This document shows, piece after piece, positions 26,067 through 39,058 of a stretch of 64,000 bases of DNA. A program made the position numbers and the translations under genes. Positions within the stretch are counted from its first letter, which is position 1. The number at the start of each line of letters is the position of its first letter. A model generated the notes under the pieces. It was not told the origin of the DNA. It searched no databases and worked only from the letters and a program-made list of their open reading frames with translations. This DNA comes from Stegostoma tigrinum (taxonomy: Eukaryota), in assembly GCF_030684315.1 (NCBI RefSeq), contig NC_081382.1:20956367-21020366 (forward strand). Reading direction: 5' to 3'.

Positions 26067-26467
26067 TAATTTCCCACAGCTAACCCACCCTAACCCGCAC
26101 ATCCCTGTGCACTATGGGTAATTTCCCACAGCTAACCCACCCTAACCCGCACATCCCTGTGCACTATGGGTAATTCCCCACGGCTAACCCACCCTAACCC
26201 GCACATCCCTGTGCACTATGGGTAATTTCCCACAGCTAACCCACCCTAACCCGCACATCCCTGTGCACTATGGGTAATTTCCCACAGCTAACCCACCCTA
26301 ACCCCCACATCCCTGTGCACTATGGGTAATTCCCCACGGCTAACCCACCCTAACCCGCACATCCCTGTGCACTATGGGTAATTCCCCATGGCTAACCCAC
26401 CCTAACCCGCACATCCCTGTGCACTATGGGTAATTTCCCACAGCTAACCCACCCTAACCTGCACATC
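26067..26467. repeat. 52-bp minisatellite (~7.7 units) expanded inside an HE1-like SINE
   Basis: Unit TAATTTCCCACAGCTAACCCACCCTAACCCGCACATCCCTGTGCACTATGGG starts at 26067, 26119, 26171, 26223, 26275, 26327, 26379 and 26431, then runs directly into SINE body to ~26570. Confidence 0.95.
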
Positions 26468-26574
26468 TTTGAACTGTGGGACGAAACCAGAGCACCCAGA
26501 GGAACCCCACGCAGACATGGGTCCGGAGGGGTGGGGGTTGGGCGCGGGAGAAGATGCAAACTCCACACTGTTCT

Positions 26575-26925
26575 TTATTCATAGATGGGGTGAGGGTATC
26601 GCTGGCTAGACAGCATTTCTTGCCCATCCCTAGCTGCTCAGAGGGCGGTCAAGAGACAACCACACTTGCTGTGGGTCTGGAGTCATGTGTAGGTCAGACC
26701 AGCTAAAGGATTGCAGTCTCCCTCCCTAAAGGACAGCCGTGTCCAACCCAGATGGGATTTTCCAACAATCGCCAAACTCTTAATTCTGGGTTTTATTTTT
26801 TTTTTAATTGAATTTAAATTCCACCGTCTGCCATGGCGAGATTCGAACCGAGGTCCCTAGATCATTACCTGACTCTCTAGATTAACAGGACAGCGATAAC
26901 ACCACGAGGCCATCACCTTCCTGTT
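26575..26925 (-). mobile_element. tRNA-derived SINE family 2 (3' tail shared with LINE family X)
   Basis: Minus strand has a TGGCCTCGTGG A-box and GGTTCGAATCT B-box. The tail CAGCATTTCTTGCCCATCCCTAG matches the LINE X end at ~15290-15320. Paralogs at 44870, 57725 and 30440. Confidence 0.75.
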
Positions 26926-27109
26926 CACCCCCCCACCCCAGTTTGATCCATGGTCACATGCAGACTGTCAGGAATGTTGTAGCGTGTGGAATCAATGGGA
27001 TAGCAGAAATGTGAATGCAAAAATTGAGCTCCAGTGAGCTGAGAGAAATATTTAATGAAGGATTTTTCAGGCCGGAGGAAGGTTTCTGACAGAGTTCCCT
27101 AAGGATTAT

Positions 27110-27611
27110 AAGAAGGATGTGGAAGCTTTGGAAAGGGTGCAGAGGAGATTTACCAGGATGCTGCCTGGTATGGAGGGAAGGTCTTACGAGGAAAGGCGGA
27201 GGGACTTGAGGCTGTTTTCATTAGAGAGAAGAAGGTTGAGAGGTGACTTAATTGAAACATATAAAATAATCAGAGGGTTAGGCAGGGTGGATAGGGAGAG
27301 CCTTTTTCCTAGGATGGTGACGGCGAGCGCGACGGGGCATAGCTTTAAATTGAGGGGTGAAAGATATAGGACAGATGTCAGAGGCAGTTTCTTTACTCAG
27401 AGAGTAGTAAGGGAATGGAACACTTTGCCTGCAACGGTAGTAGATTCGCCAACTTTAAGTACATTTAAGTCGTCATTGGATAAGCACATGGACGTACGTG
27501 GAATAGTGTAGGTTAGATGGGCATGAGATCGGTATGACAGGTCGGCACAACATCGAGGGCCGAAGGGCCTGTACTGTGCTGTAATGTTCTATGTTCTATG
27601 TTCTATGTTCT
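27110..27611 (+). mobile_element. Young CR1 LINE 3' end
   Basis: ORF ALERVQRRFTRMLPGM...WNTLP and a (TGTTCTA)n tail. Same subfamily as 3590-4051. Confidence 0.95.
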
Positions 27612-27735
27612 AAACTCAGCAGGTCTAACAGTACTGAGGAGAAAATAGATTTCAATTTGAAGCTTTAACTCTGTTTCTTTCCCCACAGATGCTGCCAGAC
27701 CTCTGGGTTACTCCAGCAATTTCTGTTTTAGTTTG
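27612..27735. mobile_element. Old PLE family B fold-back remainder
   Basis: AAACTCAGCAGGTCT...TTAACTCTGTTTC...CACAGATGCTGCCAGACC inverted arms. Confidence 0.6.
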
Positions 27736-28129
27736 TTAGAATTCTTGAACTGTGATCAGAATGTGTTTTACGTATTGGCTGTGTCCCTACCTTGCGCATA
27801 GCTAGTGACTAGATGACACAAGAGCTGTCAGCATGCAATGGTAGTGTTTGTGTTCCTGCCTCTGAGCCTGATGGTTGTTGCTCAAGTCGTATTAGCCCCA
27901 GAGGTGTATAATAGCATGTCTTTATGGGTTGATTAAAAGAAATAACTGCATAATAACTGTGAACAGAAACTGATTGACCTCCAAATTTTGCTCTACATTG
28001 CCATCTCCTGGACACTGTTTGTAGTTCCATCAGGAGAGGCAACATTTTCATTCTGAATATTTCCACAGGCAAACATGAACGTAGAAGAATGAGTCAAAAT
28101 TGTAGTAACAGATGCTGGACAGAAAAATG

Positions 28130-28420
28130 CAAATACACAAGACTAGAACTGATAATTAGGGCCAAACTATTCAGGGGAGACGTTAGGAAGCACTTACATA
28201 AAAGATGGTAGATGTTTGGAACTCTCTTCTTCAAATTACACTGGATACTGGATCAGATGTTAATTGTAAGTCTGGAATAAATCATTTTTTGTTCAGCTAA
28301 TGTATTAAGAGATATGGGCTAAAGGCAGGAATATGGAATTAGGTGACGGATCTGCCAGAATCTCATTGAATGGTGAAACAGGTTCAAGGGCCTGAATAGC
28401 CTACTCCTGTTTCTATGTTC
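28130..28420 (+). mobile_element. Old CR1 3' fragment
   Basis: TGGAACTCTCTTC and a CTACTCCTGTTTCTATGTTCC-type tail. Confidence 0.6.
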
Positions 28421-29654
28421 CTCTGACTTTTAATGACATGTAAACATGATGTAATTATATTTCTGCTGAACTACAATCTTGTTCAATGTGTACCATTCCT
28501 TGTTCAAATTGTTTGTTACAAGTGCCTTAAATTATTTCACCCAATTTCCTTACGGAATAAATAACTTCTTGACTATCAATTCGGTGTAATATTAATTGTA
28601 CCAAATGCAGGCTTAATGCTAACAAGCAATGCTTTCTTTTTGTGAAAGACATCATTACCCCATATGCACTTGAAAGAAAAAAAACATGCAATTATAAGAC
28701 ATTTGCTAAGCTCTGAGACATTCTAAAGTGGTCCACAGTGAAAAAAAGCTTTATTTGGAATTAGTAGTCTAATTATGGTGTTTAAAATAATGAAAGGACT
28801 CAGTCAGATGACTCCAGATCAATGAGACTTAATCTTAAAATTCAAACTCAGCCTTTCGCTGGTAAAATCTTGAGCATTTTTTCAAACAGAGTAAAGAATA
28901 TCCAGAAATCTGTCTACAAAATGTAGTGGATGCTGGGGTCAATGGATAACTTAAATGGTTTTTTTGTATAGTTAGTGTATCAGGGAATATGGAGTTGACC
29001 TAGAGATTGGCCAGGAGCAGACTTGAGGAGCTGAGCAAACGACTACTTCTTCTACAAGTAACAAGCTGAAATGTGGCAGCCCGACTTGCGCACAGCAAAG
29101 GCCCACATACAGAAACTCAATAAATGCGCCAAAGGCATACACTTCTAGGGGAAAAATATTGACCAGGTTACTGGGGGAGCTGACTTGTTGTTTTCTGAAA
29201 GAATACCTTGAACATTTATATCAGTCTGTGAGGGCCTTCAGGGTCTTAATGTACTGCAACTACCGCGAAATGTATAATGAGAAACATGAGGACCTCAGTT
29301 GGCCTTGGGGTGGAAAGACCATTCTTCACCTTCCCACCACTGATAAGATTTCCCAGTTGGAAATGAGCACTCACCTCTCCCTATTCCCTCGCTATTTCAC
29401 ATCCCTGCAGCATGTCCCTGGATGGCTGGTAAATTGCAACCACCATGAAGTTGTTTGAACCATGAGGAGAAGAAAAATGGCTGCAACTGAAGAATACCTA
29501 GTCCACTCCATCCCTGATGCTGCACCCAGAAGATACAAGTGACCCTTCAAGTGATTTTCACTGCACCTACCTTCAACTTGTCTTGTTTAAATCCAATTAG
29601 CTTTTCATTTTTTTGGTAAAGACTCAGTAAGAAAAAAACTACTAGTGAGCCATG

Positions 29655-29740
29655 GATAACGCAGTGTAGAGCTGGAGGGACACAGCAGGCCAGGCTGCAT
29701 CAGAGGAGTAGGAAAGTCGATGTTTTAGGTCAGGACTCAC
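29655..29740 (-). mobile_element. Diverged PLE family A-related end fragment
   Basis: GATAACGCAGTGTAGAGCTGGAGGGACACAGCAGGCCAGG resembles the family A end. Confidence 0.6.
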
Positions 29741-30439
29741 TCATGGGCCACATACAACTTAGACCGTTCCAGGCACAACTGTTCGGTACTTGGATCAAAG
29801 AAAAGAGTTCAACATCTTTAAATCACATTTTTTTCTATTGGTTCATGGAATAAAAGATGGGTCTTTCTTTGCCAGAGTACAGATTTGATGTTATTTTTGC
29901 TCTTGATGATTTAAAAGAAACAATAACCTGCATAACATCAATATGAAATACAATATCATCCTAACATATTTAACAGGGGCATTAAGCAAGAAAAATTGGG
30001 CACTGGGACCTGGATGTTTGTGAGCTTGAATAATATTCAAAATGGTGAGTGGGACCTGCTGCAGATATCCTGCCTCCATTTCTAACTCCAGATTTGACCA
30101 ATGGAGAAAGGGGTGGGATGTGATTCATGTATGAAGGAATTCTGAACTCAGCAGCACCAGTTAAACTGAGTGCCGAGTTCGAACAGACTATATTTCAGCT
30201 GTTGGAAGAACCTTTAACCCCCTTGGGTTGGATGCTCAAATTTATGGAGTAGACTTAAATGTTGTTGAAGCACAGATAAGGTCAGTTTAAATGTCACATT
30301 CTGAAGCTATTTCAATCCCCAGCCCTTTAAAAAAATTAAAAGAAAGACAGATTGCTGGTACCAGTGGAAACGTAAAAAAAAACCTGATGTATTGCTTAGT
30401 GGTGCAATGTCTGTTCTAACCACTTTAGTAGTTGTTCAG

Positions 30440-30830
30440 ATGAGGTGGCATGATGGGTATATTAATGAACAAGCGTTTCATACCATTAGATCTATTGGCA
30501 TTGGTTTAATTTGAATCATGAGTTTAAATCGTATCATCTCCAATGGTAAAGGGTGCATTTAACTAATAATTCTGGAGTTAGAACTAGTCTCAATAATGGT
30601 GACCCTGAAACTCTCATCAGTTGACATAAACAAAACATTCACTAAAACTCTTTAGACAAGGAAATCTGCTATCCTTAACAAAGATGGCCTACTGTCCCTC
30701 CAGTCTTGCAGTAATGTAGTTGGCTCTTAACTGCACTCTGTATTTGTCCAGTAGGTTACATGATTCTGGGGTAATTAAATATGGGCAACAAATGCTCATG
30801 ACACCTTGCTCATGATACTGCATCTCTTGA
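30440..30830 (+). mobile_element. Old SINE family 2 copy
   Basis: AAGGAAATCTGCTATCCTTA...TTGGCTCTTAACTGC...ATGGGCAACAAATGCT is similar to 57725-58050. Confidence 0.55.
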
Positions 30831-31169
30831 AAAAATAAATCAAAGGAAAGTTACTTATTGTCATTTTCCTAATGCGTCTTCACAAATTTTTGGATGGTTT
30901 CCAAAGGTAAAATTGTCTCAGTGGGGTTCAGTTTAACTGACAGATTAAGGGACCTGTTCATAAGTTGTTCATCTTTGATGCAAGGTATGAATAAGTTTTT
31001 TTTCAAATTAGTGGTTAAGCACTCAAGATGTTAAAAAGATTTTGAATGAGCATTCATGAATGGTAATTTTATGCACCTTTTTTGAAATTTCATTGGAGAC
31101 CAATAAGCTTCGAATAACAAAATGAAGAATCCACGATGATGTGCTGAACTTTTACTGTAATACTCAGGT

Positions 31170-32450
31170 CTATCTTACCTCCACCCCTGCCTTAAACTAT
31201 CATCCATATGCCTATCTAATTGCTACTTAAATGCCCCTAATGAAGCCGACTTCACTACCCTCTCTGGCAATGCATTCCACACCCCTACCACTCTCTGAGT
31301 AAAGAACCTACCTCTGATGTCTCCCCGATATCTGCCTCCACTTACTTTAAAACTATGTCCCCTCATAATAGCTACCTCCGTCCTAAGAAAGAGTCTCTGG
31401 CTGTCCACTCTATCTGATAATTTTGTACACCTCTATCAAGTCACGTCTCATCCTTCATCATTCTAAAGAGAAAAGCCCTAGCTCTTTCAACCTTTCCTCA
31501 TAAGACCTTCCCTCCATTTCAGGCAACGTCCTGGTAAATCTCCTCTGCACCTTTTCCAACATTTCCACATCTTTCTTGTAATGAGGCGACCAGAACTGGA
31601 CACAATACTCCAGATGTGGCTGAACCAGGCTTTTGTACAGCTGGAGCATAACTTCACTGCTCTTGAACTCAATCCCTCTATTAATGAAAGCTAACACACC
31701 ATATGCCTTCTTAACAACTCTATCCACCTGGGTGGCAGCTTTCAGGGAACTGTGGATATGAACTCCAAGACCCCTCTACTCCCCCACACTGCCAAGAATC
31801 TTCCTGTTAACTCTGTGTTCTGCTTCCAAGTTTATCCTTCCAAAATGAATCACCTCGCACTTTTCAGCATTGAACTCCATCTGTCACTTCTCAGCCCAGC
31901 TCTGCGTCCTATCAATGTCCCTATGTAACCAACAGCCCTCTGCACTGTCTACAATTCGACCCACCTTCGTATCGTCTGCAAAATTACTAATCCACCCTTC
32001 CACTCCTTCATCCAAATCATTTACAAAAATCACAAATAGGAGGACCCAGAACAGATCCTTGTGGTACACGACTCATAACTGAACACCATGTGGAATATTT
32101 TCCATCCACTACCACCCTTTGTCTTCTAAGGGTCAGCCAATTCTGAATCCAATCTGCCACATTCCCCGCTATCCCATGCCTCCTTACCTTCTGCATGAAC
32201 CTACCATGGGGAACTTTATCAAATGCCTTAGTTAAATCCATGTATATCACATCCACTCTCCACCTTCATCCACATGTTTGGTCACCACTTCAACGAATTC
32301 GATAAGTTTTGTAAGGCATGATCTACCCGTCACAAATCCAAAATGAGTATCACGAATCAAACTGTGCCTTTCCAAGTGATCATTAATCCTAAGTCTCAGA
32401 GCCCCTTTTCCCAATAATTTGCCCACCACTGACATAAGATTAACTGGCCT
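31170..32450 (-). mobile_element. 5'-truncated CR1 LINE (frameshifted)
   Basis: Minus ORFs give [42 protein letters not shown] and WNALP. Confidence 0.95.
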
Positions 32451-32601
32451 GAAGGATGTATAGGCATCCCCAACCTATAACAACATGTAATCAACTTGAG
32501 TTCTATGGGCATTAAATTTGACACACCTCTGTAGAACCTCCTCAACCCGCTCTGGATGGTGAAATCACAGAAGTGGCTGCACAGACAGTCTCTTTGCATC
32601 A

Positions 32602-33350
32602 AGTCATACAGTCAGTGATATACAGCATGGAAACAGACCCTTTGCTCTAACTCACCTATGCCAATCAGGTATCTTATATAAATCTAGTCCAATTTGCCAG
32701 CATTTGGCCCATATCTCTCTAAATCTTACCTGTTCATAAACCCATCCAGATGCCTTTTAAATGTTGTAATTGTACCAGCCTCCGCCACTTCCACTATCAG
32801 ATCATTCCATACACACAGCACCCTTTGCGTGAAAAGATTGTCCCTTAGGCCCCCTTTAAATCTTTAAAACTATGCCCACTGGTTTTGGACTCCCCCACTC
32901 TAGGGAAAACACCTTGTCTATTTACCTTATCCATGTCCCTCACAATATTACAAACCTGCATAAGGTCACCCCTCAGCCTCCGACACTCCAGGGGAAATAG
33001 TCTCAGCAAACTCAGCATCTCCTTACAGCTCAAACCCCCCAATCCCAACAACATCTTTGTAAATCTTTTCTGAGCCCTTTCATGTTTCACAACATCCTTC
33101 CTATGGCAGGCAAACAAGAATTGCATGCAGTATTCCAAAAGTGGCCAAACCAATGTTCTGTATAGCAGTACATTACTCCCAACTCCTATACTCAATGCAC
33201 TGACCAACAAGGGCAAGCATACCAAACACCGCCTTCACTCCCCTGTCTACCTGTGACTCCGCTTTCAAGGAACTGTGAACCTGCACTTGAAGGTCTCTTT
33301 GTTCAGCAACAGTCCCCAGGAATTTACCATTGGGTGTTTAAGTCCTGCCT
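32602..33350 (-). mobile_element. CR1 LINE 3' fragment
   Basis: Minus ORF LYRTLVWPLLEYCMQF...RRLRGDL, with a CR1/HE1-type tail at ~32602-32640. Confidence 0.9.
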
Positions 33351-34574
33351 TACCTTCTTTTCAGTCTCTGGATCTAACCTCTGTCTTGCTATTTATGAAC
33401 ATGGAGGGTATAAGGGCCATGGAGAGGAGGAGCAGGTGGGGCTAGAGGGCCTTAAATCTTAAAATTCACCCGTTATGACATTCCAGAGAACAAAAGCAAG
33501 CCTATTAACCAGCTCACCTCCACACTTGAGCATCACCATGCCTGTCTGCACTCTATCTGTACCCGGCACCTCTCTTCCCCGAGATCATGAGATTTGAGAC
33601 CATTTGTCTGAGTTTTATCTGATGGGTTTGAAACTATGTGACTCTTCCAGCACTGTCTCATTACGGAACATCTGGCCATCAGTCAAAGGACGAGATTTCA
33701 CAATGTGAATGATTTTAAGGGGACAGAAGATGGAGGCACTTCAAGAAGGAGTTGCAAAGCATTGTTACTAGGCAGTTTAAAGAGACCCATCAATGATAAG
33801 GCAAAATTGAGGACATGCGCAAGGAGCCAGAACATAGCATCCAGTGAGAATATTTTCCGTGGTTTTTTGAGAAATAATCAATTACTTTGAAAAGCATTTG
33901 ACTCTGAGTTCTAGGTTTTTGTTAAACTAACTAACTAACTCAATGTAAAATGAGTTTTACATTTTACCTAATGTAAAACATCCAAGCACAAGTTGAGCCT
34001 TGACATATCACTGAAAAGAGATGAGAACTACATTTTACTTTGCCACATATTAGTTGTGAGAAATCATTTGTAACAACATGCTAATTATGCAATAATTAAT
34101 GCCACATGAATTATTGCAGTCATGCATTAAGTCAAGACAATCAATTTAGATTTGTTTTGAAACTACGTAGAAATTTTAAAGTTGAGGATTTCTTTGTGAA
34201 AAGCTCTGTGCAGCTGTGTTTCAGACTAATCAGTAACCATATTGATGCTACTTTGTTCAGGGATTAGCATTTGGAAGTCACCATTAACAGACTTTGGTTA
34301 CCCACTGTACAGCACGATGTAAATTGATCTTTTGGGCCCATTGCTGCACAGACAGTTTTGCTTTGGGTTCGTGACAAACACCTGAATGGAAACCTCTAAG
34401 CCAATTTGCCAGACATTGCCTTTTACAATTAAATTACACAAATACAGTGCACACAGGCAGCACGTGGTTACATATATTTGAGGGTAGGAAATGAAAAGCT
34501 GGCAGAATGATTTCTTTTACCAAAACAATGCAGCACTCCTGATTCTGCAAAGTATCTTCGCTGCTTGGTGGTCT

Positions 34575-34779
34575 GCTACACCTAGAGTGCACTATCACAG
34601 CTACACTTTGAGTGCACTATCACAGCTACACCTAGAGTGCACTATCACAGCTACACCTAGAGTGCACTATCACAGCTACACCTAGAGTGCACTATCACAG
34701 CTACACCTAGAGTGCACTATCACAGCTACACCTAGAGTGCACTATCACAGCTACACTTTGAGTGCACTATCACAGCTAC
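34575..34779. repeat. 25-bp minisatellite (~8.2 units)
   Basis: Unit GCTACACCTAGAGTGCACTATCACA. Units 2 and 8 share the variant ...CACTTTGAG... Confidence 0.95.
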
Positions 34780-34805
34780 TCTGAGGGCTGCCTGTTTAAA
34801 AATTT

Positions 34806-34956
34806 GATGTGGCTTTGGACTGAGGTGGGCAAAGTCAGAAGTCACATGACACCAAGTGATAGTCCAAAGGGTTTATTTGAAATCACAACTTTTGGAGCAT
34901 AGCCATTTCAAATAAACCTGTAGGACTATAACCTGGTATCGTGTGACTTCTGAGTT
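34806..34956. mobile_element. PLE-like family C fold-back
   Basis: AGTCAGAAGTCACATGACACC...TTTATTTGAAAT is inverted to ATTTCAAATAAACC...GTGTGACTTCTGA. Left arm is longer. TGTTTAAAA is duplicated on both flanks. Confidence 0.7.
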
Positions 34957-36499
34957 TGTTTAAAATTAAATGTACAAAAGCAAATCCATTTCTGCAGCAT
35001 TCATTCTACTTGCCAGGGACTGAAATTCTTATTCTCACATTCATTAAGTGGCGCTGTGCTTTACACAATTATATTTTATCCATGTCTGCGCAGAACTGTT
35101 GTTTTCTCAGCAGCACAGGAAATAATGCGAATGTCATTGTGATGCAGACCATGGGTAAAATGACACCACCTCTAATGAAATCTGCTTTGCGACATTTTCT
35201 GGTTGCCTGTGGGTACAAATTAGTCATAAGAATTCTATTGCTTTTGTACTTGGAATTGCAATCTCGCTTTGAAATAAGTGAACAACATCAAAACATTTGA
35301 GCAGGTCATCAGAACTCTGAAGCTTAAACTAAACCATACATTTGGCTCCTCCACACTGAAATGTTAAATTTCAAGTTAGTATTGAACCGGAGAAGAATAC
35401 TCTCTGGTCCAAAATCTCAAAACACGCTCCACCAAATAAGTGGAGCTACAGGAAGAAAATCTTAAAATTCAGTCCAATGATCAAGAACAAAATGATGATT
35501 ATTTTCTTCTTCTCTGTAAACATCTTCTATCAGAGTATTAGGCCTCAGAACTGAACTTTGACTTTTGATCTTTGCGATGATATTTGAGAGATTGTGGCAA
35601 GCATTCCATGTCAAGGTGGGATATCTGTCAGTAAGAAACGGAAAATTTTGAAAACCAGTTGACCCCAAAACGCAGAGAATGTGTTGGAAAACAGTGAACA
35701 GAAAGGAAATCAAATAACAGAAGTAGAACAAGCCAATTTTGGCAAATTAAGTTAAATGCAAAATTTATTCAGTAAAATGTGCTCATTAAATGTGCAATGG
35801 GAATTAATTACAGGAAGATGCTTGTTATAGTTTTCATTATTCTCAAGTTTTGCCTGAAATATGCAGAAAGCACATTGTATGACACAATGCAAGCTTAGTG
35901 TTTCCAAAGTACGTAACTGTGACACCCTCGTTTTAATATATGTCTTGTGAGGCAAATTTTCCAAATTTATATCGTATAGATATTTGATGGATTTATTGTG
36001 AACAAGTACGGTGGTATTTTTCAGTCAATAAGCTGAAAGAATAAAACTAAGAGAATAAAACATAGTTTAAAGTTTAAATTAACTTGACTGCTTTTCAGTT
36101 GGCTAAGTCATGAACAGGGCATTCTGGACATCTGCACTTAGCAGCATTTAATACAAGTTTCTAAGCACCAGAGAAAACTAGACTAGAATAATAAAACATC
36201 AGAATGCAGGGGTAAGTCATTTTCCACATTCAATTCAAGTAATGTCCTAACTAGAGCTACTCAAAATTAACCCACTGCTCTGATTTCTTCCTATAATCTG
36301 CTCGTTTCCTATGATCTTCTTCTGAGCATCACTTCAAATGTTTAAACAACTTACTCTGAAAAGTCACAGAAGTTTCAGTTTTAAAATTTCCTGACAAAGC
36401 AGTTTGAGTTCCAGCAACATCTGTAACAAGAATTCATTTCCGAGCTTCACCCTCCACTCTCAGAGTGACATGTCCTTGTTACCCAGAGACTATAAGGTT

Positions 36500-37500
36500 G
36501 CCATTTCTGACAAAGGCAGCATTTTTTGCCTACCCTTAGATGCCCTGAGCAGGTGCACTAAATATCATGATGATATGTACACTGTTCTATTATGGATTGG
36601 AGTTCCAGGATTTTGACACTGTGTCTGTGAAGGAGCAGGATGCTTTTCCCAGTCCAGGACAAAGTTCCTAAGTGCCTGATGTCTTCAACCTCTTGAGGTA
36701 ATGCAGGTTGCAAATTGGGAAGGTAATGCTGAGAAGTCTTGGTGTGTTGCTGGAGTGTATCTTGCAGTGATTTTACATTGTGGCCGTGGGTACTGATGGT
36801 GAAAGTAGTAGATGAAGTGTTGATTAAATGGTGGAGAAACTCGGCAGGTCTGAGCATCTGTGGAGTGAAAAAGAGTTAATGTTTCAAGTCCAGTACAAGT
36901 CTTATTCAGTACAGATTCCCAACATTTTTAGTATTTTGCTTTTATGCTGATCAAATGGATTGTTATTTTCCTTGATCGGATCAATCTACTTGAGTGTTGT
37001 TGAGGCATCGCTGTAGCCAGGAACGTGGATATTATGCCATGAAATCTTTACCAGGACTTAGTAGGTGGTGGAGAGGTTTTGGAGATGCCTGAGCAGAATT
37101 GATTTGTGCAATTTCTGACCTCCTCCAACAGCTGCTCCATTTATGTAGGCAATCTAGTTGAGTTTATGCCCACTGTGGCGCCCAGAATGCTAATGTTGGG
37201 GGATTTTATAATAGTGATACCAGTGCATACCAAAAGGTAGTAGAGTGTCTCTTGTCAAAAGTGGTTAATGGTTAACACTTGAGCCATTTGCTTAACACCC
37301 CGACCAAGTCCAGATGTTATCCAGGTCATGCTGCATGGAGTGCTTCAAGAATGCAAATTATACTGAACACAGGGCAATTACTCCCATAATCCCTTACTTG
37401 CCTGAGAAAATAGTCCCCTTATGAACTTGTGATGGAGGAAGATCACCAACAAACCGACTTCAGAGAGTTGAGCCTAGAATCTTACCTACATAAATTCTTT
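36500..37500 (-). mobile_element. Old LINE family X remnant
   Basis: GGAGTTCCAGGATTTTGACAC and later blocks match 15390-16200. Confidence 0.55.
36832..36944. mobile_element. Old mini PLE family B-related insertion
   Basis: GGAGAAACTCGGCAGGTCTGAGCATCTGTGGAG...GAGTTAATGTTTC. 14-bp TSD TGTTGATTAAATGG / TGCTGATCAAATGG. Confidence 0.65.
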
Positions 37501-37589
37501 AACTGGGGATGAGTTGGTTGGCCTTCAAAAATCACAGGCATTCCCCTGTAAATGCAATATGATATTAATTACCAAAGAACATAGCTTCT

Positions 37590-38870
37590 ATACTCTGACA
37601 GGTGGTGAGGGAGCCAATGGGAAGGAAAAAATGTACTTGGTCTTATCCTCAACAATCTCCCTGTCACAGATGCTCCTGTCCCACACAGTACCAGGAAAAG
37701 TGGCACCAAACAGTCTTTCTGGAGACCAAGTCCCATCTTCACATTGAGGATATCCACCATTGTATTGGGTGTCACTAGCACCATGCTACATAGGATATAT
37801 TTTAAACAATTCCGGGAACTTAACTTGAGACTGGGCATCCATGAGGCACTATGGGCCATCAGCAGCAGTGAAGTCATGCTTCAATACAATCTGTAACTTC
37901 ATGGCATGGCATTGCCTCCAGTATACCATTACCATCAAGTCAAGGAATTAAACATGGTTCAATGAAGAGTGCAGGAGGCACTCCAGGAGCAGCACCAGAC
38001 ATACCTAAAAATGAGGTGTCAACATGGTGAAGCTGCCAAACAGACCTACATGAATTCTAAGCAGCGTCAGCCGCAAATGATAATTGCCATGTCCTTAGCT
38101 TAGCTGTTCAAGGGCAGCTCTGATGCTGACATTTACCTTCAATGTGAAAAATTGCCCACAAATGTCCTATATACAAAAGCAGGACAAATCCAACTCAACT
38201 AATTACCACCCATCACCCTAAGCTCAATCATCAATAAAGAAGTGGAAGGTGTCAGTAACAGTGCTATCAAGCAGCATTTGCTCAGCAATGACCTGCTCAG
38301 TCACATGCAGTTTGGGTTCCACCAGGGCCACTCAGCTCCTGACCTCATTATAGCCTTAGTTCAAACGTGGACAAAAAAGGCTGAATTCCAGAGATGAGGA
38401 GACAATGACTGTCCTTGTCACATAGGCATCATTTGTCCACATATGGCCTTAAGAAGCCCTGGCTAAACTGGAGTCAGTGGGAACATTATCCACTGACTGT
38501 AGTCGTTCTGACACACAGGAAAATGGTTGTGTTTGTTCAAAGTCAGTCATCTCAGCTCCAGGACATCTCTGCAGGAGTTCCTCAAGATAGTGACCTCGGC
38601 CCAGCCATCTTCAACTGCTTCTTCAATGACGTTTCCTTCATTGTAAGGTCAGAAGTGGGGATGTTTGCTGATGATTGCACAGTGTTCTGCACCATTTGTG
38701 ACTTGTCAGATACAGAAGTAGTCTATGTCCAAATGTAGCAAGAGGTGGACAGTATCCAAGCTTGGGCTGACAAGTGGCAAGTAACATTAATACCACACAA
38801 GCACCAGGCAATCACCATCTCCAGCAAGAAGCATCCAACCACCACCTCTTTACATTCAATGGCACTACCA
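37590..38870 (+). mobile_element. LINE family X (CR1/L2-like) RT region, decayed
   Basis: ORF 38415-38738 reads AGVPQDSDLGPAIFNCFFND...GMFADDC, with an upstream QFGF-like segment. Confidence 0.85.
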
Positions 38871-39058
38871 ATTGTTAAATAGATACAGCTTCACAGAACT
38901 GTTAATGATTCCACTACCATTACAGTGCCGACGATTAAAAATCGGCTTTCATTAGTAAAACTTGGTTGGATTCTGTATGTCCTTTTTGTCAGCAGGACAT
39001 ATCTGGAGCATTTTGCAAAACGTCTCAGAATTTCACCCCCAAGTCTGCTCTTAATCTT

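Noticed and set aside
26067-26467. CRISPR array or interstitial telomere
   Set aside because: Head-to-tail units have no unique spacers, there is only one TTAGGG per unit, and the unit derives from a SINE.
34575-34779. CRISPR-like repeat with internal palindrome
   Set aside because: No spacers, no cas genes, and a vertebrate context.
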